57,414 bases of DNA from a virus (IMGVR_UViG_3300037041_002697:1-57414); one strand, 5' to 3'; shown: positions 9,440 through 18,762, counted from the stretch's first letter. The notes: generated by a model from the sequence alone, not told the origin. Numbers and translations: made by a program.

Positions 9440-9918
9440 AGAAATTTAACATGATGTTATTACTTCTGATGGTAATTTTACTAAGCCTGCCAATTCAGGC
9501 TAAGGATTTTAAAATTGCCTGGACACATCCAACTATGGCCATTATTGATAGTTTTCAAGTCCAGTGGGGAGTGCATTCCTATTTGAACCCGAAGGTTAAT
9601 ATTACCTTTGACCAGGTTGTTCCGACCTTTGACACCCTATTTACTGCCATCATTCCTGACGGCGAAATAACCACTAACGGCGGGTATCAAGTCTGGTTCC
9701 GGGTGATTGCTTTTGCCAGTGGGCTAGCAGCGATTTCCGACACTTTAACTTATACGGAATATCTTCGGGCAGATATGGAGCGTGATCCTACAAAATCCGA
9801 AGTCACTTCCCGTGATCATGCCCTTTTTCAGGATCGCTTTCAAGCAATTTATCAACGCCCGGCCTTGAATTTTATATTCCCCAAGAGGCGAATCCCGGAC
9901 GTACAGCCACAATTTTAA
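9436..9918 (+). CDS. Secreted FN3-like protein with degenerate dockerin/EF-hand-like tail
   Basis: Signal peptide ending PIQA; IAW...FQVQWG...FRVIAF FN3 pattern; RADMERD....VTSRDHALF segment. Confidence 0.5.
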   Translation: MKKFNMMLLLLMVILLSLPIQAKDFKIAWTHPTMAIIDSFQVQWGVHSYLNPKVNITFDQVVPTFDTLFTAIIPDGEITTNGGYQVWFRVIAFASGLAAISDTLTYTEYLRADMERDPTKSEVTSRDHALFQDRFQAIYQRPALNFIFPKRRIPDVQPQF

Positions 9919-9930
9919 CAGAAAGTTATT

Positions 9931-10425
9931 ATGGCATTATACAGCATTTTAACCGATATATTTTACACAATCGGACAAATTTTAACGCAACTTAACGAAA
10001 GTGAGACTAATATGAATATGTTAATTGGTGAAGAAAAAACGCTTAATTTAGTAATAAATGGTGATACAATCAGGCAGTGTGAAGTGAATTTGAGTTACCC
10101 GGCGAACCTGATAGATATTATTTTGCCAACTCAGGGAGCAACCGGATTTACGAATTTTACAGCAGGAAAAGTGACCGGACAAACTGGCAAATATTTCTTT
10201 TTAGGTTCCTTTGCGTCGGGTGGATTTCAAACCTTCCTGAATACTTTATTCGCAACGGCGAAAATTAAAGCGCTGGCGGCGGGAACGGGTGCAATTGTAA
10301 TCACACTGGGAAAACTGCGTGACAACGGCCTGGCGGATTTTTCTAACATTGAACTGGTCAATCCTGATGGAACGATCACTATTCCCGCGCCTGTGGTGTA
10401 TCGAATTACGCTAACAATTACTTAA
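9931..10425 (+). CDS. Cohesin-like domain protein
   Basis: GEEKTLNLVIN..IRQCEVNLSYPANLIDI...FATAKIKALAAGTGAI...LRD follows the cohesin pattern. Confidence 0.6.
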   Translation: MALYSILTDIFYTIGQILTQLNESETNMNMLIGEEKTLNLVINGDTIRQCEVNLSYPANLIDIILPTQGATGFTNFTAGKVTGQTGKYFFLGSFASGGFQTFLNTLFATAKIKALAAGTGAIVITLGKLRDNGLADFSNIELVNPDGTITIPAPVVYRITLTIT

Positions 10426-10460
10426 GATCAAAATTTCCCTTTCCATTTCCCTTCTAAAAT

Positions 10461-10515
10461 AGCCGTCTGCTTGACAGGTGAGGAATTTCCGAAATCAGGC
10501 AGGCGGTTTGTTTTC
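10461..10515 (+). terminator. Probable terminator of the late operon
   Basis: Stem agccgtctgcttga / tcaggcaggcggtt followed by a T-rich run. Confidence 0.7.
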
Positions 10516-10559
10516 TTTATTACGAATTGATTACAAATTTGTCAAATCCAGAAAGTCAA

Positions 10560-10575
10560 TGGAATAAAATTTGCT
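10560..10575 (+). promoter_or_regulatory. sigma54-type promoter TGGAATAAAATTTGCT
   Basis: GG-N10-GC spacing with TTGC; about 50 nt upstream of the first replication-operon gene. Confidence 0.65.
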
Positions 10576-10626
10576 TATAGGAATTTTACCCACTAAAACG
10601 AAAAATTTATAAAAAGGAGAATAATT

Positions 10627-11211
10627 ATGAAAAGTTTAGAAGAACTGCATGTACAATTTTTAGCCGTTTCGGGTGGAATTCGGGTTTTGATGTTAGTTCA
10701 TAGATCAAAAGACGGTGGAAGTAATAATAAGCGCCAGCGTGATGTTAAAAAAGCTATTACCCAAAATTCAGAAGAATTTTTCAAGACTATTCGAGATATG
10801 CAAAATACAATGAAGAATGATTCACGTCAATTAAGAATTTATGCTGCCTGTAATTCTCGTGATATTAACAAAGCTATTAACTTATTTAAACACCGTCAAT
10901 TGGATTTAGAAAGTCAAAATAAACTTGATCAATGGAATTTTTATACTGATATTGACAACCGTTTTATTTCCTGCTTAATGAATCCTGGCTGCCGATTGGA
11001 ACGAAATTTTTTATTTGATATTGATACAAATGAAATCTCTGTTTTTCTGGCAAAGAAAAAATTATTACAAGAGTATATTATAACACATTATAAAACTCCA
11101 AATGGCTCACATATTATTACCAAACCTTTCAACTATGTTAAATTCCTGAAAGAAGATCAGGATTTAATTAAAAGCTTGCACACCGATGGACAACTGTTAA
11201 TTGATTTTTAA
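10627..11211 (+). CDS. Phage protein with AEP/primase-like motifs
   Basis: FLFDID and KTPNGSH resemble AEP motifs I and II; AGGAG RBS. Confidence 0.4.
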   Translation: MKSLEELHVQFLAVSGGIRVLMLVHRSKDGGSNNKRQRDVKKAITQNSEEFFKTIRDMQNTMKNDSRQLRIYAACNSRDINKAINLFKHRQLDLESQNKLDQWNFYTDIDNRFISCLMNPGCRLERNFLFDIDTNEISVFLAKKKLLQEYIITHYKTPNGSHIITKPFNYVKFLKEDQDLIKSLHTDGQLLIDF

Positions 11212-11250
11212 GAATTTGCTACTTTAACTTTCAACTTTGGAGAACACAGT

Positions 11251-11514
11251 ATGAACCTGAATTTTAGCCACGATCATTTTGTCACTGAATCAGCCAAATT
11301 CAAACGTTGCCAGTACAATGCCCTTTGTTTTTCCTGTAATTTGGTGGTGCATGATATGAGTTACGCCAGTGCTCCGCTTTGTAATTTTTGTTTCCTGCAA
11401 ATGATCAAGCAAAATTTCCCCGAACGAACTGCCGTGATTGAACACTTTGAAGCATTAATTGGTGATCCGAAATATAATGTAATTAAAAATTTAATCTCAG
11501 GAGAACAACTATGA
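11251..11514 (+). CDS. Hypothetical Cys-rich protein
   Basis: GGAG RBS; two CxxC pairs; overlaps the next start. Confidence 0.5.
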   Translation: MNLNFSHDHFVTESAKFKRCQYNALCFSCNLVVHDMSYASAPLCNFCFLQMIKQNFPERTAVIEHFEALIGDPKYNVIKNLISGEQL

Positions 11515-12311
11515 AAAATGAAATCTGGCTGGGGGATTGCCTTGAATTGATGAAAAATATTTCTGATAAGTCAATTGATTGTATCTTGTGCGACCTTCCT
11601 TATAATACGACGGCATGCCACTGGGATAAGCTTATTCCGTTTGAACCGTTATGGGCACAGTACAAGCGAATTATAAAAGATAATGGTGCGATTGTTCTTT
11701 TCGGTTCGCAGCCGTTTACTTCAATGTTGATTATGAGTAATTTGAAGATGTTTAAATACGAATGGATTTGGGATAGAGAGATACCAAGCGGTCATTTAAA
11801 TGTTAAAATTATGCCATTAAAATATCACGAAAACATATTGGTATTTAGTAATAGAACACACATTTTTAATAGACAATTTACACCAAAAGATAAAGCAAAT
11901 CAAAGACCTAATAAATATAAATGTTTAGCAGAAAGAGATAGTAAAAGAGGTGTGATTATAAACGAAAAAGAAGTCTTTGGTGTTCATAATATTGCATACG
12001 CAAAAGATAATAATGATACAATGTGTAATCCAAAGTCTATAATTTCATTTTCAAACAGCAAATTAAATAGACAACACCCCACTCAAAAACCAGTTGCCTT
12101 ATGTGAATACCTAATAAAAACCTACACCAATGAGGGTGATTTGGTACTTGATAATTGCGCCGGTAGTGGCACGACTGGAGTTGCCTGCCTCAATACCAAT
12201 CGTCAATTTATTCTTATCGAAAAAGAAGAAAATTATTTCAACATCATTAAAACCAGGATCGCCAAACGTCAAGAGGAGCTTGCTAATGTCTCGCATCAAA
12301 CAAATGACTGA
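11511..12311 (+). CDS. DNA methyltransferase (N6A/N4C, beta class)
   Basis: DLPY, HPTQKP and LDNCAGSGTT motifs. Confidence 0.95.
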   Translation: MKNEIWLGDCLELMKNISDKSIDCILCDLPYNTTACHWDKLIPFEPLWAQYKRIIKDNGAIVLFGSQPFTSMLIMSNLKMFKYEWIWDREIPSGHLNVKIMPLKYHENILVFSNRTHIFNRQFTPKDKANQRPNKYKCLAERDSKRGVIINEKEVFGVHNIAYAKDNNDTMCNPKSIISFSNSKLNRQHPTQKPVALCEYLIKTYTNEGDLVLDNCAGSGTTGVACLNTNRQFILIEKEENYFNIIKTRIAKRQEELANVSHQTND

Positions 12312-13848
12312 CCCTTTAATTCCGAAAATATTACAGCCTGATTTCCCCCATATTCGTGAAGAAATTACCCGCTTGCTATCAGCCGAAGGCAATATAGAGC
12401 GGAGAAGGAATCAAGCTGCTGCATATATTTTAGACCAACTCGAAAAAATGGGCTATTTTGTACACTCCGAGGCTCACAAAACATATTACTTTGAAAAACA
12501 AAGTAACCAGTTGATTGATTTACATTCTGACCTCTGGCAGGCTTATTTAGCGAGTTTTTGCGGTCGGAATGAAGAGAGTAAGGAATTTAAGTACTTTGAA
12601 AATGCTTGCAGGGATAAAGCGCTGTTTTCAGACAAAGTGGAAGTATACACCATGTCGCACTGGGACGGCCAGAAGCTATATATTTCGACTTTTAACGGTC
12701 GGGTTCTGATTTTAGATGGCCAAAGTGTGTCTATTACAAACAACGGAATGCCCTTTTTATTCGTGGATGGATTCGCTTCGCCGGTAGACTTCCCAAATTT
12801 CGCTCCGCAAGGCTGGGAGCGTTTCATAAACCATGAAGGAAACATCCGCGAACTTTCCGAAACGGTCAACTGGTCGTCAAATTCGGAACTAAATTCAATC
12901 GGCTTCCAGACCCTTTTGTATTTGCTTTTTTTCTCAGATCTTTGCAAAGAAAAACCGATCATTCTCTTTCGTGGCATCAAAGGCAGCGGGAAAACCATGC
13001 TGATTCGGATGCTCCTGAAATTCTTATTCGGGAAAAATTCGGAAGTGACTGGCATTACAACGGAAGAGGCTTTCCACTTGCAAGCCAGCAATCAACCGAT
13101 TTTGGTCATTGATAATTTGGATCGAAATGTCACCTGGCTTAAAGATTTACTAGCTACAATTTCAACAGGAATTAAGAATTTTAGACGGCGGTTATACAGC
13201 CACGACTTGATTACCATGAATTACAATTCCTGGATTTTTATTACCTCCCGCTCCCCTTTAACATTAGAACGGGATGACTTGCTTGACAGGTTAGTAATAT
13301 TTGACCTGGATCGCATTCCCGATGATAAACGAATCAGACAGTCCTATTTTATTAACAACATCGCCGCCGAAAGGCAGAACTTCTGGATTGAAATCGTCCA
13401 CCGTTTAAACATCTTGGTGGCCTATTTTCGATCACATGAAATTCCGAAAACCAGTATATTTCGGGTGGCTGACTTTGGCGCGGCTGGAGCGGCAATTAAC
13501 GCCTGCTTCGGAAGTCTTCCCGAATGGTATCAATTTCTGCGAATGCAACAAGATAAGCAGAAGCAAATGTTAATCGGAATTTCAACGGTTTATGATATTT
13601 TACTAAAAACATTTAACGAAAAAAATGAAGTTCTAAACCGAAAAATTACCCTTCCCGAATTATTCGGGCACGCTTTTGGCATTGCATTTGCTTTACAAAT
13701 GAAAGACTTCCCAAGAACTTTGAAACAATTTACAACTGAATTTTTTGCCGTGTATAAACATTTTGCCGAATTCAGAATTCAGTTGGAATCCGACAAAATT
13801 TATTATGTTACTATCACGAAGGAGGAACCCATCAAAGAAGCCGAATAA
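12286..13848 (+). CDS. P-loop ATPase/helicase of the primase-associated type
   Basis: GIKGSGKT Walker A, LVIDN Walker B, DLLDR; GAGGAG RBS places the start at 12286. Confidence 0.7.
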   Translation: MSRIKQMTDPLIPKILQPDFPHIREEITRLLSAEGNIERRRNQAAAYILDQLEKMGYFVHSEAHKTYYFEKQSNQLIDLHSDLWQAYLASFCGRNEESKEFKYFENACRDKALFSDKVEVYTMSHWDGQKLYISTFNGRVLILDGQSVSITNNGMPFLFVDGFASPVDFPNFAPQGWERFINHEGNIRELSETVNWSSNSELNSIGFQTLLYLLFFSDLCKEKPIILFRGIKGSGKTMLIRMLLKFLFGKNSEVTGITTEEAFHLQASNQPILVIDNLDRNVTWLKDLLATISTGIKNFRRRLYSHDLITMNYNSWIFITSRSPLTLERDDLLDRLVIFDLDRIPDDKRIRQSYFINNIAAERQNFWIEIVHRLNILVAYFRSHEIPKTSIFRVADFGAAGAAINACFGSLPEWYQFLRMQQDKQKQMLIGISTVYDILLKTFNEKNEVLNRKITLPELFGHAFGIAFALQMKDFPRTLKQFTTEFFAVYKHFAEFRIQLESDKIYYVTITKEEPIKEAE

Positions 13849-13937
13849 TCTCAATAATTCATAACTAACTATTAAATATTTAATCATTTCTTATTAATTA
13901 ATTTCATTTTACTAATTTAAATTAGGAGTTTATTGTT

Positions 13938-14825
13938 ATGTCAACCGAATTAAAAGAAAAAAGGTATTCAAATCCTGCACTTGGTTTCCTTCCTGAAAAC
14001 TGGGTTGAAATTGAAGCTGGTTGGAACAATCAAGTAGCACTTTGCAGCCTTCGGCCTGGAGTCGCTGATTTTGGTGAAAAATATGGCAAGTCGATTGGAA
14101 TTTATATTGACCTGTCTTTTATCAACCCAGACGTTTCCGAAGTTCCCGCGTCAAAAATACCCTTCTTTTCAATCGCACGTGGTGAAAACATGTCGAAATT
14201 TTTGCTGAATGAGGCTGGGAAAACTTTGACCTTTACCGATCAAGCGGTGGTTTCTCCGTCCTGTAATTTTTCAGCAAAGTTATATCCCCTGCTCGAAATG
14301 GCCGCAACTCGTTTGGGAAAATTGGATTTTCTTAAATCAGCTTTACGGACTGGAAATTTCGGCCTGATTCAATTCAAAGCCATGATTGAAACATCCACGC
14401 AAGTCGATGAAAAAACCGGCAAAAAGAAAACTTACATTGACAAAAAAGATGGCAAAGAAAAGGATTCGTATGTTATTGGAATCAAGGAAATTATGGAATT
14501 TGTCACTCCCATGAATATGCCTGGAATGCCGATGTCAACTCCACAGGCTCCTGCTATGCAGCCAATGCCAAACGTTCCACCGATGAACACAATGCCTCAA
14601 GCGCCTGTCAATACTGGATCGCCAAAGGAAAAAACCTTATTGGCCAATTTCCTTAAATCTCAGAGCAAGGCCTCCCCATTGAATGAACTGGAAGGTAAAA
14701 TGTTAATCCTGTCAAACCTGGCCACGTTATTATCGCAAGGTGCTGATGTGAATATCATTACCTCAGCCCTAAACGGTCAACGGCCGGATGTGTGTGTTAT
14801 TTCCAATGGTGTAATCACTTTCTAA
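13938..14825 (+). CDS. Replication-region protein with Pro/Met-rich linker, possibly SSB-like
   Basis: Strong RBS; low-complexity linker; function inferred from position only. Confidence 0.35.
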   Translation: MSTELKEKRYSNPALGFLPENWVEIEAGWNNQVALCSLRPGVADFGEKYGKSIGIYIDLSFINPDVSEVPASKIPFFSIARGENMSKFLLNEAGKTLTFTDQAVVSPSCNFSAKLYPLLEMAATRLGKLDFLKSALRTGNFGLIQFKAMIETSTQVDEKTGKKKTYIDKKDGKEKDSYVIGIKEIMEFVTPMNMPGMPMSTPQAPAMQPMPNVPPMNTMPQAPVNTGSPKEKTLLANFLKSQSKASPLNELEGKMLILSNLATLLSQGADVNIITSALNGQRPDVCVISNGVITF

Positions 14826-14857
14826 ATTTTTTCAATCAGTTGTTAGGTCACTAAACG

Positions 14858-14896
14858 AAACCCGCTTGGAGCGTCAAACCTTCGGGCGGGTTTTTT
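14858..14896 (+). terminator. Rho-independent terminator
   Basis: aaacccgcttgga / ttcgggcgggttt stem plus T6. Confidence 0.8.
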
Positions 14897-14960
14897 ATTC
14901 AGATGCCGAATTTAAAGCAGTTTTTAAGTTCAGTTTTTAAGAAAAAAAAGAGAGAAAAAC

Positions 14961-15000
14961 TATTAAATATATTATTAAATATAATATTAAATATAATATT
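14961..15000. repeat. Three AT-only 12-mers (tattaaatataW), putative unwinding element
   Basis: 14961-72, 14973-84 and 14985-96; adjacent to the iterons. Confidence 0.75.
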
Positions 15001-15059
15001 CCCTGCCGAAATTTGGCATTTAACTATATAATTTTATTATAACTTACAAGGACACTTTG

Positions 15060-15147
15060 CCTTGTACTTTCGTTCAAGGTACCTTGCACTTTCGGACAAG
15101 GTACCTTGCACTTCTGTTCAAACCACCTTGTACTTTCGTTCAAGGTT
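15060..15147. repeat. Four tandem 22-bp iterons (ccttgYactttcgttcaaggta), putative replication origin
   Basis: Units at 15060, 15082, 15104 and 15126; immediately upstream of the initiator gene. Confidence 0.85.
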
Positions 15148-15185
15148 CTAAGTCTTTAAAAATCAAATAAATGAAAGGTTTTTTA

Positions 15186-15644
15186 ATGGAAAAGGATTTA
15201 AACTATTATTCAATAATTCCCGGTAAAGTTATGTCCAGTGAAAAGTTGACTGACAAGGCAAAGTTAGTATTTGGAGTTATTACTGCCTTGAGTAATAAAT
15301 ACGGTTATTGCAACGCCAAAAATCAATATTTAGCCGATGTATTTAAAATAACACCCACCTGGATTAGCAAAATTCTGGCACAATTAAAAAAAGAAAAGTG
15401 TGTTAAAATTATTTACGTTGCAAAGGAACGGCGAATATATCCGATAATGGATGCCTTTGGTGGAGTGATGTCAACAGAAAAGCGGGAAGGTAAACCAGCA
15501 ACGCCGGCAAAATCTTACAAACCCATTAAAAACCCAAATGTCCCAATTGATGCTGGAGCAGCCCGATTAGTTAAACAAATGGAAGAAAAAATGCGTCAAT
15601 CAATGTCAATGCCGATTACACCAATAACAACGGAGATCAATTAA
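15186..15644 (+). CDS. Phage replication initiator (winged HTH)
   Basis: YYSIIP..V.....LTDKAKLVFGVITALSNKYGYCNAKNQYLA is typical of HTH_36-type initiators. Confidence 0.85.
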   Translation: MEKDLNYYSIIPGKVMSSEKLTDKAKLVFGVITALSNKYGYCNAKNQYLADVFKITPTWISKILAQLKKEKCVKIIYVAKERRIYPIMDAFGGVMSTEKREGKPATPAKSYKPIKNPNVPIDAGAARLVKQMEEKMRQSMSMPITPITTEIN

Positions 15645-15645
15645 A

Positions 15646-16356
15646 ATGTTTGAACGAAAATTTACCGAAGAAGAATTGCAGTATATTACCAAATGTCGTA
15701 ACTGTGGGCGGGATGAGTATCATCATACTTTATTCTTTGAACCTGGTCGAAATACGCACGTTTGTGAATATTGCCTGCCTGAAATTAACAAATTTGAAGA
15801 ACAGGAATTTTTAAATCGTTTACAAAATTCACCCCATGAAATATTTTCAAGCTTTATTCCACCAGCTTATTTAGACGTAACCTATACGTCTTTTATTCAC
15901 ACGGATTCCCAATTTATAAACCGTGTTATCAATGCAGCTATTCAGAACAAAAGCCTTTGCCTGATGGGGGCAAATAATACCGGTAAAACCACTGCCTTGT
16001 GGATTTTATTTAAGCACCTGGTAACATCTCGAAAATATCATCCACGATCTATCATTTTTGAGCGAACTTGTGATTTACGCGATAAATTTATCCAGGGAGT
16101 GCAGGAAAATTTCATATTTGACACCGAAAAATATAAACTGGCAAAATTATTGCTATTGGATGACTTAACAGCCGTGAACTTAACTCCCGCTTTTGAAAAT
16201 ATTCTATATGCAATTTTAAATTATCGTTCTGATTTTGAAAAACCAACTTTTATCACGACTGATGCTGATTTGATTCAGTTATCAAATTTTGACAAACGTA
16301 TTGCAGCGCGGGTTAGTCGATTTCCTTTTCTTTTTAATACAGGAGTGAACGCTTAA
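15646..16356 (+). CDS. DnaC/IstB-like helicase loader ATPase
   Basis: CxxC pairs, GANNTGKT, LLLLDDL, ILNYR...KPTFITT, RIAAR. Confidence 0.85.
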   Translation: MFERKFTEEELQYITKCRNCGRDEYHHTLFFEPGRNTHVCEYCLPEINKFEEQEFLNRLQNSPHEIFSSFIPPAYLDVTYTSFIHTDSQFINRVINAAIQNKSLCLMGANNTGKTTALWILFKHLVTSRKYHPRSIIFERTCDLRDKFIQGVQENFIFDTEKYKLAKLLLLDDLTAVNLTPAFENILYAILNYRSDFEKPTFITTDADLIQLSNFDKRIAARVSRFPFLFNTGVNA

Positions 16357-16919
16357 TGCAATCTCAAATTTTAGATATACCTTTTGTACGCTTTCCAGAA
16401 GTCCCCAGAAACTTGGATCGAATTCATTTTTCCGATATTATCAGGCATTATAACCTGTATTTTCTGGGGAAAAAGTATAAAGACATGCAGGGAGATCGAA
16501 ACGACCCCGGCAATTTTGACTATGGGTTTCTTTGGGAGGAAATGGCCTCTCTCGCCTTCGGAAATCTATCATCCTGCCGACCTGAACCCAGAGAGCTGGA
16601 TAAAATAATAATGTCGCCAGACGGCCTGGATGAGCGAAAATTGGTCAATCCATTAGGCGGGATTTTGGAATATAAAGCCACGAAAATGAAAGCCGTTCCG
16701 ACTGTGATTTATAACGATTCATGGATTAAACAAGGTCTTGCTTATTGTAAAGGCTGGGGTGTTGACAATGTTTTATACCTGGTTTGGTACATCAACGGCG
16801 AATATAAACACTCAAGCTCAATCTTTTTGCCTGAACTAATTACTTTTACACAAGACGAAATTAACACGAACTGGCAATTTTTCCAAGATTATGCCAGGAT
16901 TAATAACTTACTAAAATAA
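16356..16919 (+). CDS. PD-(D/E)XK (Cas4-like) nuclease
   Basis: G..WE, SPDG, LEYKAT and Q...Y motifs. Confidence 0.75.
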   Translation: MQSQILDIPFVRFPEVPRNLDRIHFSDIIRHYNLYFLGKKYKDMQGDRNDPGNFDYGFLWEEMASLAFGNLSSCRPEPRELDKIIMSPDGLDERKLVNPLGGILEYKATKMKAVPTVIYNDSWIKQGLAYCKGWGVDNVLYLVWYINGEYKHSSSIFLPELITFTQDEINTNWQFFQDYARINNLLK

Positions 16920-16931
16920 AGGAATTCAATT

Positions 16932-17663
16932 ATGCCCTATTCATTTCAACTTACAACTGACGGTGGTGTTGGTGGAACCCGCTTCTTACTCGGAATGCCT
17001 GATCCTATTTTATTTATGAATACTGACCGTCCGGAAGACGAAAGCTGGACACTTTTTCGCCAATCGAAACGAATCGATTGCAAGATGTATTACCCGGTTA
17101 CCAATCTGTTAAACGTTTCAAAAGATGCTACCGATGAAATCAAAAAGAAAAATTTAACCGTCCTGGAAACCATCCTTGACGACATTGGAACGGCAAAACA
17201 AAAGGGTTACAAATCAATTGCCATTGATACGAAAACCGTTATCTGGAAACTCCTGCTCCCGCTGGTCAATTTCGGAAAAACCGATAAAATTCCTCCCGAA
17301 CAGCGGGGTATTTTGACCTCACAATTAACGATGATTATAAATGAATTGTGGAGATCGGGACTGAATTTTGGTTACACGGTGCGAACCAAAGAGGAATATA
17401 AAAAGAACGTTCCGACTGGAAACATGGTTCCTGATTCAGCAAAGGATTCAAATACTTTTGCCCAAACGAATATTATATTATCAAGGCGAGTATTGCCCAA
17501 CACAGGAATGAATCAATGGCCATTTGACGGTGCAATGCATTTCTGCGCGGAAATAACAAAGTGTAATCCCAGTCCGTTTTTAGTTGGTCAATGGCTTTAT
17601 GATGGGCAGATTTCGTTTGATTTTATTGTGAATACAATTCAACAACCGTATAAGGTGGCTTAA
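16932..17663 (+). CDS. AAA_24/Sak4-like ATPase with degenerate Walker A
   Basis: DGGVGGT in place of GxGKT, P.PI.F.N.D, SIAIDT; sits in the nuclease/ERCC4 cluster. Confidence 0.55.
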   Translation: MPYSFQLTTDGGVGGTRFLLGMPDPILFMNTDRPEDESWTLFRQSKRIDCKMYYPVTNLLNVSKDATDEIKKKNLTVLETILDDIGTAKQKGYKSIAIDTKTVIWKLLLPLVNFGKTDKIPPEQRGILTSQLTMIINELWRSGLNFGYTVRTKEEYKKNVPTGNMVPDSAKDSNTFAQTNIILSRRVLPNTGMNQWPFDGAMHFCAEITKCNPSPFLVGQWLYDGQISFDFIVNTIQQPYKVA

Positions 17664-18418
17664 TGCAAGTTATCATCGATCATCGAATTGGTTCAAAGGA
17701 ATTACTTCCCCTGTTCCCTTCGGGGAGTGCACTCATGTCAACTTGCGATTTAGATGCCGATTGTGTAACGCTCGGTTATTCCGAAGGTCAATACTTTCAA
17801 GTTGGTTTTGAACGGAAACGCTTGAGCGGGTCACAGTCCGAAAAAGGTGACTTTTTGCAGTCATTCCTGTCAAATCGTTTGCACTCGCAACTCGAAAATA
17901 TGCTGGAGAAGTTCCGCTTTTCCTATTTGCTGATTGAAGATCATTACTGGTCGGAACCTGCCAGTGGTGATCTGGTCATTCAATCCCCTTTTGCCAGGAT
18001 GAAACAAAAAAACGGCCTGTACTATTGGAAGTACTCAACTCTCGAAAGTATTTTAAATTCCTTTCGTTTATACGCTCCTGGCAGGCTTTTTGTATTGCAA
18101 ACCAGCGGTATGAAAGGAACCGTTGACTTGATTCTTTCACTCCAGGATTTCTATATGAAATTTGACGAGCACCAGTCAGTATATGGTGCTTACATGGGTG
18201 AAGGCATTAAGAAATCCAATCCAGCAGCCTTTGGGAAGAAAGTCCTGTCATTGGTTCGGGGAGTGCGCTGGAAGTTAGCAAATCAATTATTTGACCAGAT
18301 TGGAAGCACTGAAAACGTCCTGAAAGCTTTATTACAGTACTCGGAAGCCGATTGGTCAAAATTCAAAGGAATTGGTCAAAAAACAGCCCAAATTTTGGCG
18401 AATGTAAAAAAATCTTAA
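17663..18418 (+). CDS. ERCC4-domain structure-specific nuclease with HhH motifs
   Basis: IIDHR, AD, FERK..DF..S...RL..Q, YLLIE, KGIGQKTA. Confidence 0.85.
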   Translation: MQVIIDHRIGSKELLPLFPSGSALMSTCDLDADCVTLGYSEGQYFQVGFERKRLSGSQSEKGDFLQSFLSNRLHSQLENMLEKFRFSYLLIEDHYWSEPASGDLVIQSPFARMKQKNGLYYWKYSTLESILNSFRLYAPGRLFVLQTSGMKGTVDLILSLQDFYMKFDEHQSVYGAYMGEGIKKSNPAAFGKKVLSLVRGVRWKLANQLFDQIGSTENVLKALLQYSEADWSKFKGIGQKTAQILANVKKS

Positions 18419-18437
18419 ACTAAGAGGAGAACTAAAA

Positions 18438-18758
18438 ATGTCCGAAACAACTTTATCAACCCTGGAATTAACACAACTAATCGGTATGAAAATTACTGAT
18501 TTATTTAATGAACACCTGGAAGCCGTCAAAAAATGTGATTATGACCAGAAACTTAAAGACGAATTTTCAGCATTAATAACCGAATTAAAATCCGAATTTG
18601 CTGACGTTTACGATGAATTGCAGCAAAAAATTGATGATCACATTGGGGAATTAGTCGATTATAAAAGCAAGATCCTATCAGATTGGTTATGGCAAAAAAT
18701 GGCTGGCTTAACCGTTTTTGAGTGTGATCGGGAAGCTGATTCAATCCTGGAGATATAA
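18438..18758 (+). CDS. Hypothetical acidic helical protein
   Basis: GAGGAG RBS; tight gene packing. Confidence 0.6.
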   Translation: MSETTLSTLELTQLIGMKITDLFNEHLEAVKKCDYDQKLKDEFSALITELKSEFADVYDELQQKIDDHIGELVDYKSKILSDWLWQKMAGLTVFECDREADSILEI

Positions 18759-18762
18759 CATC

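Noticed and set aside
15060-15147. Possible CRISPR mini-array
   Set aside because: Repeats are contiguous with no spacers; they fit iterons.
15646-16356. Phage-encoded sigma54 activator
   Set aside because: DnaC/IstB-type AAA with no GAFTGA loop; the SMC-like and helicase ATPases lack it too.
16356-16919. Cas4 as part of a CRISPR system
   Set aside because: No other cas genes or array; a stand-alone phage nuclease in a recombination cluster.
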